Shown here in pieces: positions 18,907-28,617 of a stretch of 64,000 nt of DNA. The stretch is from an uncultured Clostridia bacterium. GTDB lineage: Bacteria; Bacillota; Clostridia; Oscillospirales; Oscillospiraceae. The DNA is taken from contig CALFXG010000043.1 of assembly GCA_937957765.1 (NCBI GenBank), positions 30,213-94,212 on the forward strand, given 5' to 3'. How positions within the stretch are numbered: the first letter of the stretch is position 1; every line of letters begins with the position of its first letter. Made by a program: the position numbers and the translations under genes. The notes below the pieces were generated by a model that saw nothing but the letters and a program-made list of their open reading frames with translations, searched no databases and was not told where the DNA came from.

Positions 18907-19905
18907 TTATACCACGCGGATGCCGCAGTAGAAGTGCTCGCTCCAATAGCCGCTGGTCAGGTCGGAATAGGAGACCGTGCTGCGGGAATTGGGGGAGTGG
19001 ATGAATTGGCCGTTCCCCGCGTAGATACCCGCGTGGGTGATGCCGCTTCCGCCGGTACCGGCGAAGAGCACGATGTCGCCCACCTGGAGGGAGGCCTTGT
19101 CCACCTGGCACCCGGCGCCGTATTGGGAGGCCGGGGTCCGGCCCACTTCAATGCCGAAGGTGCCGTACACATAGTACACAAAGCCGGAGCAGTCAAAGCC
19201 GCTGGGGGAAGCGCCGCCGTAAACATAGGGAGTGCCCAAATAGCTTGCCGCCTTGGCGAGGATCTGCTCACCGGTGGTGCTGCCGGTGTAGGCGCTGCCC
19301 GCGGAGCCGGAGGAGACGGCTGTGCTGGCGGAGCTGCTGGGCAGCGCGCCGATGGCCTGGCCGTGCCGGAAATACTGCGGGCTGTTGGCGGACGCCTGGT
19401 TTTCATAGGGGATCTCCGTCAGCGTAAGGAAATCGCTGCGGATGTAGCAGGACTGATTGTTGTAAAGGACCTTGTACCAGCCCTGATTCAGGCCGATTAT
19501 GTAGCATTTTTCGCCATAGGAGGCGGTTGCGATCCGATCGTACGAGGTGCCGGGGCCGGTGCGCAGGTTCACGCCCTGGCCGCTCACCGTGCCGTAGCCA
19601 AGCTCGGCATTTTCGGCGGTGGCCGCGCTGAGGTAATCGGCGCTCATGTAGCCGTCGTGCAGATTATAGCTGACGTGATACCAGCCGTCCTGCACGCCCA
19701 GCACGATTACGCATTCGCCGGAATTGGCGGTGGCCAGCACCGGCGCGGCGGTGTCGGGACTCTGCCGCAGGTTCAGGCCGGAGGCATTGACAAAGCCGAT
19801 GCCATAGACCAGAGCCTCATTGTCCGCGAATGCGGTGATGGAAAAACTTCCCATGAAAAGAATCAAAGCCGCTACGATCGCAGCGGCTCGCGTGGAAAAC
19901 TTCAT
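18907..19905 (-). CDS. NlpC/P60 peptidoglycan endopeptidase with two SH3-like domains
   Basis: Signal peptide; two SH3_3-like repeats (GWY...Y); C-terminal NlpC/P60 with catalytic DCSGFV..H. Confidence 0.8.
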   Translation of the reverse strand: MKFSTRAAAIVAALILFMGSFSITAFADNEALVYGIGFVNASGLNLRQSPDTAAPVLATANSGECVIVLGVQDGWYHVSYNLHDGYMSADYLSAATAENAELGYGTVSGQGVNLRTGPGTSYDRIATASYGEKCYIIGLNQGWYKVLYNNQSCYIRSDFLTLTEIPYENQASANSPQYFRHGQAIGALPSSSASTAVSSGSAGSAYTGSTTGEQILAKAASYLGTPYVYGGASPSGFDCSGFVYYVYGTFGIEVGRTPASQYGAGCQVDKASLQVGDIVLFAGTGGSGITHAGIYAGNGQFIHSPNSRSTVSYSDLTSGYWSEHFYCGIRVV

Positions 19906-19988
19906 ACGTTACCTCCGTCGCTGGGGATTGGGCCGGAGCAGGGGAAAACCGATGCCCGGACCAAAGCTATGTTTGTTGTCGCTTCCTT

Positions 19989-20279
19989 TTACTTTCCGGC
20001 CAGAGCGCGCTCCAGCCAGACGCTGCCCACATCCAGGGCAGTATAGAAGCCGTCCTTTTCGCTTTTCTTAACCACTCTGTCGCGGCTTCTGGCAGTGGGG
20101 TCGGTGAGCTGAAGCTGGACGGAAACCCGGGTGGCGATATCGGTGTCATTCACCTTCTTGGTTTCCAGCACCTGCATCATTACGATGTGGCTGTCTGCCA
20201 TGGAGCCGTAATACACCAGATTGTCCTTTCGCATCAGCGGGCGACCCTTGTACATCAGAACCTTTTTTTCATCAGCCAT
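19989..20279 (-). CDS. hypothetical protein (96 aa)
   Basis: ORF with an RBS (ggaggttcct upstream of ATG on minus strand); no family recognised. Confidence 0.4.
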   Translation of the reverse strand: MADEKKVLMYKGRPLMRKDNLVYYGSMADSHIVMMQVLETKKVNDTDIATRVSVQLQLTDPTARSRDRVVKKSEKDGFYTALDVGSVWLERALAGK

Positions 20280-20506
20280 GATAGGAACCTCCTGAAAATG
20301 TAGTCAAATTGTAACATATTGTAATCTGTATGTCAACCCTTAATTGCCCATAAACCGGCAAGAAGGAAAGAATTTACAATTATGATGCAAGAATTATGCC
20401 GAAAAGACGGAGAAGTATGAAGTTTTCAAGTTACATAACAAGTTACATAACAAGAGGCTTTTGCTGTGGCAAAAGCCTCTTGGCGGGGATGATTGGACTG
20501 CGGCTG

Positions 20507-20755
20507 TTACTCTTTGAAGAGGTATTCCCGCACCAGCGCCTGCATCAGCTCGTCCCGGTCGATCTTACAGATCATGCTCCGGGCGCTGCCGTAGTTGGTG
20601 ATGTAGGTGGGGTCCTCGGTGAGCAGATAGCCGACGATCTGATTGATGGGGTTGTAGCCTTTTTCGTTCAGGGCGTCGAACACACTTCGGAGTATATGAC
20701 GCATGGTCTCCTTGTCATCGGGAACCTTAAAGGTCTGGGTTTCCATTCCCGTCAT
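20507..20755 (-). CDS. ireB: UPF0297/IreB-family regulatory phosphoprotein
   Basis: 82 aa; hallmark GYNPINQIVGYLLTEDPTYI. Confidence 0.8.
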   Translation of the reverse strand: MTGMETQTFKVPDDKETMRHILRSVFDALNEKGYNPINQIVGYLLTEDPTYITNYGSARSMICKIDRDELMQALVREYLFKE

Positions 20756-20848
20756 GGTCTCAGCCTCCTTTTGTTGATATTTTAGCCTATTATACCCTAA
20801 ACCGGCAATTCTGTAAAGAGCTGCCTATGAATATTTTGTGAATTCCGC

Positions 20849-23236
20849 TCAGCGCAGGGTGGCGTTCAGCTTTTCCTTCAGGGCGGAGAGCACATTGCTC
20901 ACGACCTTTTCGGAGTCGCTGTCGGTCAGGGTGCGGTCGTCGGCGCGCAGCTCCAGGGAGAAGGCCATGCTCTTCTTGCCCTCGGGCACGCCCACGCCCC
21001 GATAGATGTCGAACAGCTGGATCTTGCGCAGCAGCTTCCCGGCGGAAGCGGAGATCACGTCCTCCACCTGGGCCACGGTCAGCGCCTCGTCGCAGATCAG
21101 GGCCAGGTCGCGGCTGACGGCGGGATACTTGGGCAGCGGGGCAAAGGTCGGCTCCGGCAGGCGCAGGCCCAGCATCTTGGTAAAGCTCAGCTCAGCGCAG
21201 TAGACCTCGGAGTCAATGCCGTAGTTCTTGGCCACCAGGGGATGCACCTGCCCCATCACGCCGATCTCAACGCCGTCGATGGAGATGCTGGCGCAGCGGC
21301 CGGGATGATAGCTGGGGTTATTCTTTTCGGCGGTGTAGCGGGCCTTCTTCATCCGCAGACCGGCAAATACCGCTTCCAGCTCGCCCTTGAGCTTGAAGAA
21401 GGTCTCCTTCTCACCGTAGGAGCCGAACACCAGCATCTTCGGCTCCACGGGCAGGGGCTGGCCCTCCACGGGCAGGTAGATTTTGGCGATCTCATAGAGC
21501 TTTGCGGCCTTGTTGTGATAGGCGTTGTTCCGGCCCAGGATCTCCAGCATGGAGGGCAGAGCGATGGTGCGCATGATGGAGGTATCCTCACCCAGGGGGT
21601 TCTGAATGCGCATGGCACGGCGCAGGGGAGAATCCGCGGGAATGCGGATCTGGTCGAACACGGTGGGGGAGGTGAAGGAATAGGTGATGATCTCGCTGTA
21701 TCCCATGGCGCGGCACAGCGTACCGGCCTTGACTTCCAGCTTCATCTCCTGGGAGTAGCCGCCGTGGGTGGCGGTGCGGAACTGGGTTACAGGGATCTCG
21801 TTATAGCCGTAGGAGCGGCCCACCTCCTCCGCAATGTCCACCATCCGCACCAGGTCGGGCCGGAAGGAGGGAACGATGATGGTGTCGTCCTCCACGGGGA
21901 TTTCCAGCCGGTTCAGGTACATCACCATATCCTCTTTGGGAATGCTGGTGCCCAGCAGGTGATTGATCTTCTCCGGCTCCAGGGGCAGCTTCCGGGTCTC
22001 GGGAACGTAATTAATGATGTCGATGGTGCCGTCCAGCACGTCACCGCACTCCAGCAGCTCCACCAGCTCGCAGGCCCGCTGCACGGCGGGAATGGTCATC
22101 ATGGGGTCGAGGCTTTTCTCGAATTTGCCGGAGGCTTCGGTGCGCATGCCCAGGGCCAGTGCGGTCTGGCGGATGGAGGTGCCGTTGAAGTTGGCGGATT
22201 CAAAGACCACCATAGTGGTGTCGTCCTTGATCTCGGAGTTCTCGCCGCCCATGATACCGGCCAGGCCGATGGGCTTATTTTCGTCGGCGATCACCAGCAT
22301 CCCGGCCTTCAGGTTCCGCACGGTGCCGTCCAGGGTGGTCAGGGTCTCGCCGTCCTTTGCCTCCCGGACGACGATCTTGCCGGAGGACACATAGCGATAG
22401 TCAAAGGCGTGCATGGGCTGGCCGTATTCCAGCATCACATAGTTGGTGATGTCCACAATGTTGTTGATGGGCCGCACGCCGTTGGCGCGGAGCCGCTGCC
22501 GCAGCCACTTGGGGGAGGGGCCGATCTTCACATTGGCCACCATCCGGGAGGAATAGCGGTTGCACAGCGCCGTGGCGGGCACCTCCACATCCAGGTGCTC
22601 GAAGATAGAACCGGTGTCGCTGCCCTTGACCACCGGTTCGTGGTGCTTCATGGGCTTGCCGAAGGCGGCGGCAGCCTCCCGGGCCAGACCGATGATGGAG
22701 TAGCAGTCCGGGCGGTTGTTGGTGATCTCGAAATCCACCACGGTATCATCGTTGCCGATGATGGGATTGATGTCATCGCCGGGCTTTCCGGCGTCCGGCT
22801 CCAGGATCCAGATGCCGTCGGCGAACACGCCGGGCAGGTCGTTCTGGGTCAGGCCCAGCTCGGCGAAGGAGCACAGCATGCCGTTGGATACCTCGCCTCT
22901 GAGCTTGCCCTTGGTGATGTGCACGCCGCCGGGCAACCAGGAATTGTGCAGCGCGGCGGGCACCAGGTCGCCCTCGTGGACGTTCTGCGCGCCGGTGACG
23001 ATCTGCACCGGCTCTTCCTGGCCCACGTCCACCTGGCAGATGAACATGTGGTCAGAGTTGGGATGGCGCACCATGGAGAGCACCTTGCCCACCACCACGT
23101 TCTTGATATCCGCGTCCATCCGCTCCCAGGTTTCCACCTTCTGGCCGAAAACCGTCAGGGTCTCCACAAATTCCTTGTCGGAAACATTGCTCAAATCCAC
23201 GAAATCTTCATTGATCCATTTTCTGTTCAGCTTCAT
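20849..23236 (-). CDS. pheT: phenylalanine--tRNA ligase beta subunit
   Basis: 795 aa with tRNA-binding, B3/B4, B5 and FDX-ACB domains; immediately downstream of pheS. Confidence 0.9.
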   Translation of the reverse strand: MKLNRKWINEDFVDLSNVSDKEFVETLTVFGQKVETWERMDADIKNVVVGKVLSMVRHPNSDHMFICQVDVGQEEPVQIVTGAQNVHEGDLVPAALHNSWLPGGVHITKGKLRGEVSNGMLCSFAELGLTQNDLPGVFADGIWILEPDAGKPGDDINPIIGNDDTVVDFEITNNRPDCYSIIGLAREAAAAFGKPMKHHEPVVKGSDTGSIFEHLDVEVPATALCNRYSSRMVANVKIGPSPKWLRQRLRANGVRPINNIVDITNYVMLEYGQPMHAFDYRYVSSGKIVVREAKDGETLTTLDGTVRNLKAGMLVIADENKPIGLAGIMGGENSEIKDDTTMVVFESANFNGTSIRQTALALGMRTEASGKFEKSLDPMMTIPAVQRACELVELLECGDVLDGTIDIINYVPETRKLPLEPEKINHLLGTSIPKEDMVMYLNRLEIPVEDDTIIVPSFRPDLVRMVDIAEEVGRSYGYNEIPVTQFRTATHGGYSQEMKLEVKAGTLCRAMGYSEIITYSFTSPTVFDQIRIPADSPLRRAMRIQNPLGEDTSIMRTIALPSMLEILGRNNAYHNKAAKLYEIAKIYLPVEGQPLPVEPKMLVFGSYGEKETFFKLKGELEAVFAGLRMKKARYTAEKNNPSYHPGRCASISIDGVEIGVMGQVHPLVAKNYGIDSEVYCAELSFTKMLGLRLPEPTFAPLPKYPAVSRDLALICDEALTVAQVEDVISASAGKLLRKIQLFDIYRGVGVPEGKKSMAFSLELRADDRTLTDSDSEKVVSNVLSALKEKLNATLR

Positions 23237-23249
23237 TTGGAAACCCTCC

Positions 23250-24293
23250 TTAGAACTGGTTCAGGAACCGCACGTCGTTGTCGAAGATCAGGCGCAGGTC
23301 GTTGATCTTCAGCTGGCCCATGGCCATCCGCTCCAGGCCCATGCCGAAGGCAAAGCCGGTGTACTTCTCCGGGTCGATGCCGCAGTTTTCCAGCACCTTG
23401 GGATGCACCATGCCCGCGCCCAGCACCTCGATCCAGCCTTCGCCATGGCAGGTGGAGCACACCTGGCCGTCCAGCTCGCCGGTTCCATGGCACTTGTGGC
23501 AGGCCATGTCCATCTCACAGCTGGGCTCGGTGAAGGGAAAGTGGTGGGGACGGAACCGGGTGGCGGCGCTCTCGCCGTACACCTTTTGCAGAATGCCGAT
23601 CAGCGCGCCCTTCAGGTCGCCCATGGTGATGTCCTCGGCCACCACCAGACCCTCGATCTGGTGGAACATGGGCGAGTGGGTGGCATCGGCCTCGTCCTTG
23701 CGGAATACCCGGCCGGGCGCCAGCATGCAGATGGGGGGCTTGTGGGTCTCCATGTAGCGGATCTGCATGGGGCTGGTCTGGGTGCGCAGCAGCACGCTGT
23801 CGTCGTCGGTGAAGTAGAAGGTGTCGCTGCGGTCCCGGGAGGGGTGACCCTCTTCAATGTTCAGCCGGGTGAAGTTGTAGTCCGCCAGCTCCACCTCGGG
23901 AGCCTCGTAAACCTCGTAGCCCATGCCCACAAAGGCGTCCTTGATCTGCTGGAGCACCTGGTTCATGGGGTGCTGATGGCCGATCTCGATCTCGTCGCCG
24001 GGGATGGTCACGTCCAGCGCCTCGGCGGCCAGCTTGGCCTCCATGGCGGCGGCGTGGACGGCAGCCTTGCGCTCCTCCAGCCGCGCCTCAATGGCGGCAC
24101 GGACGCTGTTGGCCAGCTGACCCATCACGGGCCGCTCCTCGGCGGAGAGCTTGCCCATCTGCTTGAGCACGGCGGTCAGCTCGCCCTTCTTGCCCAGCAG
24201 CCTGACCCGCTGCTCCTCCAGCTCCGCCGGAGTGGCGGCCTTGTCCAGGGCCTCGATGGCCCGCTGGCGAATGGATTCCAATTGTTGTTTCAT
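23250..24293 (-). CDS. pheS: phenylalanine--tRNA ligase alpha subunit
   Basis: 347 aa class II aaRS core; RBS aggagg. Confidence 0.9.
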   Translation of the reverse strand: MKQQLESIRQRAIEALDKAATPAELEEQRVRLLGKKGELTAVLKQMGKLSAEERPVMGQLANSVRAAIEARLEERKAAVHAAAMEAKLAAEALDVTIPGDEIEIGHQHPMNQVLQQIKDAFVGMGYEVYEAPEVELADYNFTRLNIEEGHPSRDRSDTFYFTDDDSVLLRTQTSPMQIRYMETHKPPICMLAPGRVFRKDEADATHSPMFHQIEGLVVAEDITMGDLKGALIGILQKVYGESAATRFRPHHFPFTEPSCEMDMACHKCHGTGELDGQVCSTCHGEGWIEVLGAGMVHPKVLENCGIDPEKYTGFAFGMGLERMAMGQLKINDLRLIFDNDVRFLNQF

Positions 24294-24299
24294 TTCTTC

Positions 24300-24775
24300 T
24301 CCTCCTAAAAGGTTTGCATACTTTCCTTAGGGCGTATCTGAAAATCGGAAATATGACCAACAGCGAGAGATCTTCCGCCTGATGAAGCCATTTTTTCGCG
24401 GGAATACTTTGTGTATTGCAAGAAAAAATGGTGCACAGCAGGCGGAAAAGATCCGCTGTTTGGGCGTGTTGACGGTTTTCAGATAGGCCCTAATGGCAAA
24501 ATGGGAACAAAAAAGCCTCCCGCCCCACAAAACCGGGACGAAAGGCAATCCTTCCGCGGTACCACCCGCAATTCGCCGCATTCGCGGCGCAGCTTTCAGG
24601 CGCATCCACGCCCATGATGGATAACGGCATCACCCGTCCGGCCCTACTGAATGCATTTCAGGCGGCAGCTCCTGGGAGAAAGCCCGGCATTGCACGCAAG
24701 CGGATCCCACCGTCCCGCTCTCTCTGATGCCGCAAACCAACACAAGGCAGCCCAATCGCAGCTTTTTCATATCGC
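24300..24775 (-). promoter_or_regulatory. T-box riboswitch leader of pheST with its promoter and terminator
   Basis: Minus-strand T-box motif AATTGCGGGTGGTACCGCG (plus 24553-24571); downstream terminator hairpin plus U-tract (~24490-24540); minus-strand promoter TTGCAT-17-TAAGAT (plus 24781-24809). Confidence 0.65.
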
Positions 24776-24887
24776 CTCCCATCTTAACACATCCCGCCCA
24801 AAGATGCAACCCCCTTTTTTCCGACTTTAGAGAACGTAAGGGATCGCCTTGGTGCGTGCAATCGTCGTGACGGCCAAAAACTTCTTG

Positions 24888-24917
24888 TTTACAGATGTAC
24901 GTGTGATGTGGTATGAT
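24888..24917 (+). promoter_or_regulatory. promoter TTTACA-18-TATGAT for exonuclease gene
   Basis: -35 at 24888-93, -10 at 24912-17. Confidence 0.4.
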
Positions 24918-25018
24918 ATCACCCGAGGACAGGGGAAACTCCGAATCGATTGTCTGCGGCTGGACAGCGGGTCTTGCCGATTGAATCAGAGCTTCCCAAG
25001 AAAACAGAGGGAACGCGC

Positions 25019-26015
25019 AATGAATTTTATTGTTTTGGATATGGAGTGGAATCAGCCCTGGCCGGGGTCTCCTTCGTCGAAGAAGGTGCTGCCGGTGGCC
25101 ATCCGGGGGGAGATCATCCAGATCGGAGCCGTGCGTCTGAGCCCCGCCGGGGCGGACATGGAGGAATTCCAGATCATGATCACGCCCAAGGTCTACCGGC
25201 ACCTGAACCGCCGGGTGAGCAAGCTCACCGGCATTAAGGAAAACCGTCTGCGCGCCGAGGGCATCCCCTTTGTCCGGGCCATGGAGCAGTTCCGCACCTG
25301 GTGCGGGGAGGAGCCGGTGTTCCTCACCTGGGGCTTTGACGACATCGGCATCCTGCGGGAGAATTTGCAGCTCTACGGCCAGGATACCGCCTGGGTCGAG
25401 CGGTGGTACAATGCCCAGATGATCTTCAACGCCCAGACCGACGGCTCCAATTCTCAGAAGGCGCTGAAAACCGCCCTGGAGACCTTCCAGATCGAGCCCA
25501 GCCGCCCGGCCCACGACGCCCTGGGGGACGCCTACCACACCGCGCTGATCTGCCAAAGGCTGGATATGCAGCGGGGAATCGCCGAATACGACCAGGCGGT
25601 GCGCAGCCATGAGAACGGCTTCCATGGCGCGGAGCTGCCCGGCTGCCTGGAGCGCAAGGTGTTCCGGGACTATGCGGATAAGCGGGAGGCTCTGGCCGCC
25701 ATGGCTGGGAGCGAGAACCTGTGCCCGGTGTGCGGCCGCCAGATGCTTGGCTCCCGCTGGTTTGCCCAGCCGGGGCATCGGTATATGGACCTGGCCACCT
25801 GTGCGGAGCATGGGAAATTCCTGATTCGGGTGCGCCTCTCCGCCCAGCCGGACGGCACCGTGCGGGTCAGCCGCCTGACCTACGAGGCCACCTCCGAGGC
25901 GGCCGAGGTCTATGCCCGCCGGGCGCAGAAGGCCGAGCCGGAAAACGCGCCCCGCCCCCGTCGCCGCCGCCGCCGCGGCCCGAAGCCCGAGGCGAAGGAG
26001 CCGAAGCAGAATTAA
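25019..26015 (+). CDS. DnaQ-like DEDDh 3'-5' exonuclease with C-terminal zinc-ribbon-like region and poly-Arg tail
   Basis: Exo motifs VLDMEWNQ, WGFDDIGIL, HDALGDAY; C-terminal CPVCG...C..H then RPRRRRRRGPKPEAK; start at the ATG after RBS gaggga. Confidence 0.65.
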
Positions 26016-26072
26016 AAAAACTATCTCACGACGCATCACCGGCTTCGGCCGGAGCAGAAAGGAAGGCTGATT

Positions 26073-27440
26073 ATGAAACCCAAGTGGAACCGTTTGCTTG
26101 CTGCTGTGCTGTGCACCTGCATCCTGCTCGCCCCCGCCGGGGCGCGGGCAGTTGAAATTGACCCGGAAATTCAGGCCCAATTCGACCATCTGATCTCCGT
26201 CGGCGCGGGGGATATTCTGGACCAGTTCCTGGCTGGCCTGCCGGAGGACGTGCGCAGCGCCCTCATCGCGGCGGAGGAAGCAAAGTACGCCGCCCCCACC
26301 GTCGACACCGGCGCGGAGGCCGACCCCGCCTCCGGCAGCTGCGGCATCGGCCTGGGCTGGGAGCTGGACGGGAGCGGTACGCTCACCATTACCGGCACCG
26401 GCGAAATGTTTGATTTCCGCGGGACTCGCCCCGCCCCCTGGTACGACAGCCGGGACTCCATCACCGCCCTGGTGCTGGAGGAGGGCGTGACCACCATCGG
26501 CAACCAGGCCTTTGCCGACTGCGTGAACCTGAAAGAATTGACCCTGCCCCAGAAGCTTGGCACCATCGGCGACGAGGCGTTCCAGAACTGCACCGCCCTG
26601 GAGCAGGTGCAGCTGCCCGGAAGCCTGGAGGCCATCGGCTGGGGTGCGTTCTCCGGCTGCTCTGGGCTGACCTGGATCCAGATGCCCGGCACCATTCAGT
26701 ATCTGGGCGGCTACGCCTTCGCGGACTGCGTGAAGCTGAATACCGCCGCCGTGCCGGAGGGGGTCACCGCCATTGAGCTGGGCACCTTCCAGAACTGCGC
26801 GTCCCTGGTGGATGTGCAGATCCCCCAGAATGTGACCGCGATCGCCGGGCGGGCCTTTTCCGGCTGCACTCAGCTGCGCATGGTGACATTGCCGGAGGCC
26901 GTCACCGAGATTGGCGCGCAGGCGTTTGCGGGCTGCACGGGGCTGAAAACCGCTGATCTCTCCATCAATCTGGAGACCATCGGCGCGGAGGCTTTCGCGG
27001 ACTGTACGAGCCTGTCCGCCTTCGCCATCCCCGGCAGTGTCCGCAGCATCGGCGAGGGCGCGCTGCGCAACTGCGCCGCTCTGGAAAACCTGGTGCTCCC
27101 GGAGGGGCTGACGGAGATCGGCAATTACCTCTTCCAGGGCTGCACCGCCCTGCGGGCCGTTATCATCCCCGGCACGGTGGAGCGCATCGGCCGCTATGCC
27201 TTCAGCTATTGCAAGAAGCTGGACAGCGTCAGCATCCCCGCCAGTGTGACCCAGATCGACGCGGAGGCCTTCTCCTACGCCGGAATGTGGAGCGTTACCT
27301 TCCTGGGCGACGCCCCCCAGATCGCCGAAAACGCCTTTCGGGGCGCGCAGACCCAGGCGTTTTACCCCGCCTCCGCCCAGGGCTGGAACCGCAAGACCGC
27401 CGTCTCCTACGGCGGCGAGCTGACCTGGGAAGCCGCATAA
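26073..27440 (+). CDS. BspA-type leucine-rich repeat surface protein
   Basis: Signal peptide; ~10 tandem ~23-aa LRR_5 repeats (IG..AF..C..L). Confidence 0.75.
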   Translation: MKPKWNRLLAAVLCTCILLAPAGARAVEIDPEIQAQFDHLISVGAGDILDQFLAGLPEDVRSALIAAEEAKYAAPTVDTGAEADPASGSCGIGLGWELDGSGTLTITGTGEMFDFRGTRPAPWYDSRDSITALVLEEGVTTIGNQAFADCVNLKELTLPQKLGTIGDEAFQNCTALEQVQLPGSLEAIGWGAFSGCSGLTWIQMPGTIQYLGGYAFADCVKLNTAAVPEGVTAIELGTFQNCASLVDVQIPQNVTAIAGRAFSGCTQLRMVTLPEAVTEIGAQAFAGCTGLKTADLSINLETIGAEAFADCTSLSAFAIPGSVRSIGEGALRNCAALENLVLPEGLTEIGNYLFQGCTALRAVIIPGTVERIGRYAFSYCKKLDSVSIPASVTQIDAEAFSYAGMWSVTFLGDAPQIAENAFRGAQTQAFYPASAQGWNRKTAVSYGGELTWEAA

Positions 27441-27491
27441 ACACCGATCGGGCATACCGCATTTTTGGCGGTATGCCCGAAAATTATGGGG

Positions 27492-28004
27492 CTAGGAGAA
27501 AAACATCCTTACCGTCCAGGAGGCGGTGAGGAAGCCGATGAAGTCGGCAAACAGGGCGGCAGGCAGGGTATAGCGGGTCTTGTGGATCCCGGCCGCGCCG
27601 AAATAGACGCTGAGGGTATAAAAGGTGGTCTCCGTGGAGCCGAGCATCACCGCCGCCGTCCGCCCGATCTGGGAATCCACCCCATAGTGGGCCATCAGCT
27701 CGCCGCCTACGGCCAGCGCGGCGCTGCCGCTGATGGGGCGCACCAGCACCAGCATGGCGCACTCCGGCGGGATGCCGAAGCGGAAAAACACCGGCGACAG
27801 GAGCCGCCCCAGCAGCTCCGCCGCCCCGGAGGCCCGGAACATGCTCACAGCCGTCAGCAGCAGGACCAGAGAGGGGAGGATGGTCTTGATCAGCCCCAGC
27901 CCCTCCGCCGCACCGGTAAGGAGCCAGTCGTAGTAATTCTTCCGCCGCCCCAGGGCAAAGACCGACAGCCCCACAAGCAGCAGCGGGATCAGATAGTCCG
28001 TCAT
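27492..28004 (-). CDS. spmB: spore maturation protein B
   Basis: Nucleoside-recognition-domain membrane protein; start ATG overlaps the spmA stop (ATGA). Confidence 0.65.
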   Translation of the reverse strand: MTDYLIPLLLVGLSVFALGRRKNYYDWLLTGAAEGLGLIKTILPSLVLLLTAVSMFRASGAAELLGRLLSPVFFRFGIPPECAMLVLVRPISGSAALAVGGELMAHYGVDSQIGRTAAVMLGSTETTFYTLSVYFGAAGIHKTRYTLPAALFADFIGFLTASWTVRMFFS

Positions 28005-28576
28005 CGTCTGAGCCTCCCCAGCGCCCAGGCGGCGGCCAGCCCCAGCCCGGCGGAGCAAAGGCTGGTGAGCCACACCGCAGGCAGAATATCAAAGGGAGCG
28101 GCGCACCCCAGACTGCTGCGCACCGCCGCCACATTGGCCGGGATCAGCTGAATGGAGGCGGTGTTCAGTACGATCAGGCGGCACAGCTCGTCCGATGCCT
28201 GCCCCGGGCTGCGGGCGGCCAGACGTCTGGCGGCCTCGATCCCCGGCGGCGTGGCCGCGTTGCCCAGTCCCAGAAAGTTGGCGCAGATATTGGTGCTCAA
28301 GGCCCCGGCAAGGGCACTGTCCTCCCGGGTGGAGGGGAACAGCCGGCGCATTACCGGGCGCAGCAGCCGGGAGAGCTTTTCGGTCAGCCCTGATCTTTCC
28401 ATGGCCAGCCCGATCCCGGCCCAGAGGCACAGCGACCCGGCAATGGAAATTGCCAGGGTGACGCCGCTCTGCGCCCCCTGCATCACTGCCGCCGAGAGCG
28501 CCGATGCCCGGCCGTTGACCGCCGCGCAGATCACCGAGGCGCAAACCAGCGCCGCCCATACCCAGCTCATTACCAT
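28001..28576 (-). CDS. spmA: spore maturation protein A
   Basis: 191-aa membrane protein paired with spmB; RBS gggggga. Confidence 0.65.
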   Translation of the reverse strand: MVMSWVWAALVCASVICAAVNGRASALSAAVMQGAQSGVTLAISIAGSLCLWAGIGLAMERSGLTEKLSRLLRPVMRRLFPSTREDSALAGALSTNICANFLGLGNAATPPGIEAARRLAARSPGQASDELCRLIVLNTASIQLIPANVAAVRSSLGCAAPFDILPAVWLTSLCSAGLGLAAAWALGRLRR

Positions 28577-28617
28577 AAGAAATCCCCCCGCAAGAGACTA
28601 TGCGGAGGGATTTTTGT

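Noticed and set aside
20396-20785. 129-aa + strand ORF (MPKRRRSMKFSSYITSYIT...)
   Set aside because: Its 3' part is antisense to the conserved ireB gene, and its 5' part runs through the direct-repeat/hairpin region. No RBS was found.
21242-24308. 687-aa and 530-aa + strand ORFs across pheT/pheS
   Set aside because: They are antisense to the highly conserved pheST genes.
24630-27455. 941-aa minus-strand ORF spanning the T-box leader, exonuclease and LRR genes
   Set aside because: It covers a non-coding riboswitch and two well-supported + strand genes, has a G/A/R-rich low-complexity translation, and lacks any RBS.
28577-28617. Imperfect hairpin between rsmI and spmA as a terminator
   Set aside because: The stem is interrupted and the U-tract is weak on the relevant (minus) strand, so it is not reported as a feature.
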